Positions 60,853 through 64,000 of a DNA stretch of 64,000 nucleotides are shown piece by piece. This DNA comes from an uncultured cyanobacterium. GTDB lineage: Bacteria; Cyanobacteriota; Cyanobacteriia; Cyanobacteriales; Nostocaceae. Numbering within the stretch: the first letter of the stretch is position 1; each line of letters begins with the position of its first letter. The position numbers and the translations under genes are program-made. The DNA lies in NCBI GenBank assembly GCA_963740315.1, contig CAVUDP010000002.1, positions 544,001-608,000 on the forward strand, written 5' to 3'. Under the pieces are notes generated by a model, which ran no database searches, was not told the origin of the DNA, and was given only the letters and a program-made list of their open reading frames with translations.

Positions 60853-62103
60853 ATGACAGAATTTACAGTAAAGCGCGTTGTTGTAACTGGTGTTGGCGCG
60901 ATTACACCGATTGGTAAAACGCCAGAAGAATATTGGTCTGGATTAGCAAGTGGTCGTAATGGTATTGGTGAAATTACTTTATTTGATGCCTCACGCCATG
61001 ATTGCCGCATCGCTGGTGAAGTAAAAGATTTCGATCCTCACGATTACATGGATCGTAAAGAAGCTAAGCGGATGGATAGATTTGCTCAATTTGGGGTTTC
61101 GGCGGCAAAACAAGCTGTTAGGAACGCGAATCTAACTATCAATGATTTGAATGCAGAACAAGTCGGTGTCATACTTGGCTCTGGCGTAGGTGGCATCAAA
61201 GTGATGGAGGATCAGCAGACTATTTACCTCAACCGGGGTCCCGATCGCTGTAGTCCCTTCATGATACCAATGATGATTGCCAATATGGCTGCTGGGCTAA
61301 CAGCAATTCATACCGGAGCTAAAGGACCCAATTCCTGTCCGGTAACTGCCTGTGCATCGGGTTCTAATGCGATCGGCGATGCTTTCCGCATTATTCAAAA
61401 TGGATACGCTCAAGCAATGATTTGTGGCGGATGTGAAGCGGCGATTACACCTTTATCTATTGCTGGATTTTCTGCTGCAAGAACGCTTTCTAACCGTAAT
61501 GATGACCCCAAAAAAGCCAGTCGTCCGTTTGACAAAGATCGCGATGGGTTTGTCATGGGTGAAGGTGCCGGTGTTTTGATTTTGGAAGAACTCGAACACG
61601 CTTTAAGTCGCGGTGCCACAATTTACGCTGAAATGATTGGCTATGGCATGACTTGCGATGCTTATCATATGACTTCACCAGTGCCCGGTGGAAAAGGAGC
61701 CGCAAGAGCCATGCAGTTAGCGCTCAAAGACGGCGGAATCACCCCGGAGATGGTTACTTATATCAACGCTCACGGTACCAGCACGTCCGTAAACGACCCC
61801 ACCGAAACTGCTGCGATCAAAGAAGCTTTGGGAAAACACGCTTATAAAATAGCGATTAGTTCTACCAAATCCATGACTGGTCATCTGTTGGGTGGCTCTG
61901 GAGGTATCGAAGGCGTAGCGAGTGTGTTGGCGATCGCCAATAATCGAGTTCCACCGACAATCAATTTGGATAATCCAGATCCAGAATGCGATTTGGATTA
62001 TGTTGCCCATGAAAGTCGCGCTCTAGATATTCAGGTAGCGTTGTCCAATTCCTTTGGTTTTGGCGGTCATAATGTGACGCTAGCCTTTAAGAAGTACGTT
62101 TAA
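60853..62103 (+). CDS. fabF: 3-oxoacyl-ACP synthase II
   Basis: 'RVVVTG.G', 'TACASG', 'NAHGTST', 'KSMTGHLLG', 'SNSFGFGGHN'; ATG at 60853. Confidence 0.96.
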   Translation: MTEFTVKRVVVTGVGAITPIGKTPEEYWSGLASGRNGIGEITLFDASRHDCRIAGEVKDFDPHDYMDRKEAKRMDRFAQFGVSAAKQAVRNANLTINDLNAEQVGVILGSGVGGIKVMEDQQTIYLNRGPDRCSPFMIPMMIANMAAGLTAIHTGAKGPNSCPVTACASGSNAIGDAFRIIQNGYAQAMICGGCEAAITPLSIAGFSAARTLSNRNDDPKKASRPFDKDRDGFVMGEGAGVLILEELEHALSRGATIYAEMIGYGMTCDAYHMTSPVPGGKGAARAMQLALKDGGITPEMVTYINAHGTSTSVNDPTETAAIKEALGKHAYKIAISSTKSMTGHLLGGSGGIEGVASVLAIANNRVPPTINLDNPDPECDLDYVAHESRALDIQVALSNSFGFGGHNVTLAFKKYV

Positions 62104-62429
62104 TGAAAGAAAAATGGAGCATGAAGTCCCAAGTAAAAATTGATGCTTCATCCTCGATCTTTAATACTTGCTTGTGACGGTTTGTGCAGGGTGCAGATGC
62201 ACCTTGCCCGACAAATTAATTTAAATAAAAACGGAATAACGAAGGCAATCCTCTATACAATTAATCCCAAGTCCCTTCATAAAAATTATTTTGCTGTACG
62301 TCTTGTCCGTCAACAGGCAGCAATGGGATGATGAGAATATAGCTATGCTGGTAAAATTTCAAAATAACCCGAAGCAAGCTACATAGAAGCTCTTAACAGA
62401 ACGCTAAAGTCGTTAAAAACAATCGTATT

Positions 62430-64000
62430 ATGACTGTTGCAACCCAAACCCAAACCCTCGAACAACTTTGCATCAACTCAATCCGCTTTTTAGCAGTTGA
62501 TGCCGTCGAAAAAGCAAAATCCGGACACCCCGGACTTCCTATGGGCGCTGCGCCAATGGCGTTCGTGCTGTGGGATAAGTTTATGCGGTTTAACCCCAAA
62601 AATCCCAAATGGTTTAATCGCGATCGCTTCGTTTTGTCTGCCGGACATGGTTCTATGTTGCAGTATGCTCTGCTTTATTTAGCAGGCTACGATAGCGTCA
62701 GCATAGAAGATATCAAGAACTTCCGTCAGTGGGAATCTAGCACTCCCGGACACCCCGAAAACTTCATGACATTAGGGGTAGAAATTACTACCGGACCTTT
62801 GGGTCAGGGAATTGGTAATGCAGTAGGTATCGCAATGGCAGAAGCACACCTGGCTGCAATGTACAACAAACCCGATGCTAAAGTTGTTGACCACTATACC
62901 TACTGTATTGTGGGTGACGGTTGCAACATGGAAGGCGTTGCTAGTGAAGCTTGCTCTTTTGCCGGACACCAAGGTTTAGGTAAATTAATCACTTTTTACG
63001 ACGACAACCATATTTCCATTGATGGTTCTACTGACATCGCATTTACCGAAGATGTTTCCAAACGCTTTGAAGCTTACGGTTGGCACGTTTTACACGTCAA
63101 AGATGGTAATAACGATTTAGACGCGATCGCTAAAGCCATCGAAGAAGCTAAATCTGTCACCGATAAGCCCACCATGATTAAGGTGACAACCACCATCGGT
63201 TATGGTGCGCCCAACAAGCAAGATACAGCAGGTATTCACGGTGCTGCTCTTGGTGCTGATGAAGTTAAACTCACCCGCGAAAACTTAGATTGGAAATACG
63301 AACCCTTTGAATTGCCAGAAGATGCTGTAAACCATATGCGTAAAGCTGTGGAACGCGGTGCGGGCTATGAAGAAGAGTGGAACAAGACTTTTGCTACCTA
63401 CAAATCTAAATATCCTAAAGAAGCGGCAGAATTTGACCGTTATTTAACTGGTAAGCTTCCCGATGGTTGGGACAAAGTATTACCTACATTCACCCCCGAA
63501 GATAAAGGTTTAGCAACTCGTAAATATTCCGAAGCTTGCTTGAACAAATTAGCATCGGTTTTACCTGAATTAATCGGTGGATCGGCTGACTTAACCCATT
63601 CCAACCTGACTGAAATTAAGGATTCGGGTGACTTCGAGAAAGGTAATTACAAAAACCGTAACGTCCACTTCGGCGTGCGCGAACACGGTATGGGCGCAAT
63701 TTGTAACGGTATGGCGCTGCACGATTCGGGCTTAATTCCTTATGGTGCAACCTTCTTAATCTTTACCGACTATATGCGTGCTGCGATCCGTTTATCGGCA
63801 CTGTCTCATACTGGAACCCTCTGGGTAATGACTCACGACTCCATCGGACAAGGTGAAGATGGCCCTACCCACCAACCGATTGAAACCTTAGCTTCATTGA
63901 GAGCTATTCCTAACTTAAACGTAATGCGTCCCGCAGATGGAAATGAAGTTTCTGGATGTTATAAGTTCGCTATTGAAAGAGCCAAGAGAAAAGACCCTAC
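62430..64000 (+). CDS. tkt: transketolase (runs off the window end; not in the ORF track)
   Basis: Manual translation [39 protein letters not shown]...[13 protein letters not shown]...GDGCNMEG...HFGVREH...[15 protein letters not shown]. Confidence 0.97.
   Translation, partial: MTVATQTQTLEQLCINSIRFLAVDAVEKAKSGHPGLPMGAAPMAFVLWDKFMRFNPKNPKWFNRDRFVLSAGHGSMLQYALLYLAGYDSVSIEDIKNFRQWESSTPGHPENFMTLGVEITTGPLGQGIGNAVGIAMAEAHLAAMYNKPDAKVVDHYTYCIVGDGCNMEGVASEACSFAGHQGLGKLITFYDDNHISIDGSTDIAFTEDVSKRFEAYGWHVLHVKDGNNDLDAIAKAIEEAKSVTDKPTMIKVTTTIGYGAPNKQDTAGIHGAALGADEVKLTRENLDWKYEPFELPEDAVNHMRKAVERGAGYEEEWNKTFATYKSKYPKEAAEFDRYLTGKLPDGWDKVLPTFTPEDKGLATRKYSEACLNKLASVLPELIGGSADLTHSNLTEIKDSGDFEKGNYKNRNVHFGVREHGMGAICNGMALHDSGLIPYGATFLIFTDYMRAAIRLSALSHTGTLWVMTHDSIGQGEDGPTHQPIETLASLRAIPNLNVMRPADGNEVSGCYKFAIERAKRKDP

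Overview
AT-rich chromosomal window from a filamentous Nostocales-type cyanobacterium. The evidence is frequent HIP1 octamers (GCGATCGC), heptamer STRR arrays, psaM, a ValRS with a CAAD domain, KGK and Uma2 genes, and a PEP-CTERM protein. Most genes are housekeeping: valS, serC, lpxD, mltA, acpP-fabF-tkt, a Ca2+/H+ antiporter, GH57, and a glycosyltransferase/wzm-wzt polysaccharide cluster. The best candidate for an uncharacterised system is a four-gene minus-strand cluster at 9210-14653: a GNAT-PIN-like-PUA/EVE-like fusion, a stand-alone ASCH protein, McrB and McrC. This may be a modification-reading defence module, and it has a near-consensus LexA box upstream. Other highlights: (1) a kinase-FGE/CLec gene whose 3' end looks like a diversity-generating retroelement (DGR) variable region and holds a perfect 16-bp inverted repeat; (2) a dynamin-like GTPase-KGK-KGK-HNH cluster; (3) a 21-nt mini-element inserted in frame into a HIP1 site of mcrB; (4) a Uma2 gene bracketed by a perfect 34-bp inverted repeat; (5) several families of nested miniature repeats. 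I recognised no rRNA, tRNA, CRISPR array, transposase or reverse transcriptase. All calls come from reading motifs by eye; no searches were run.
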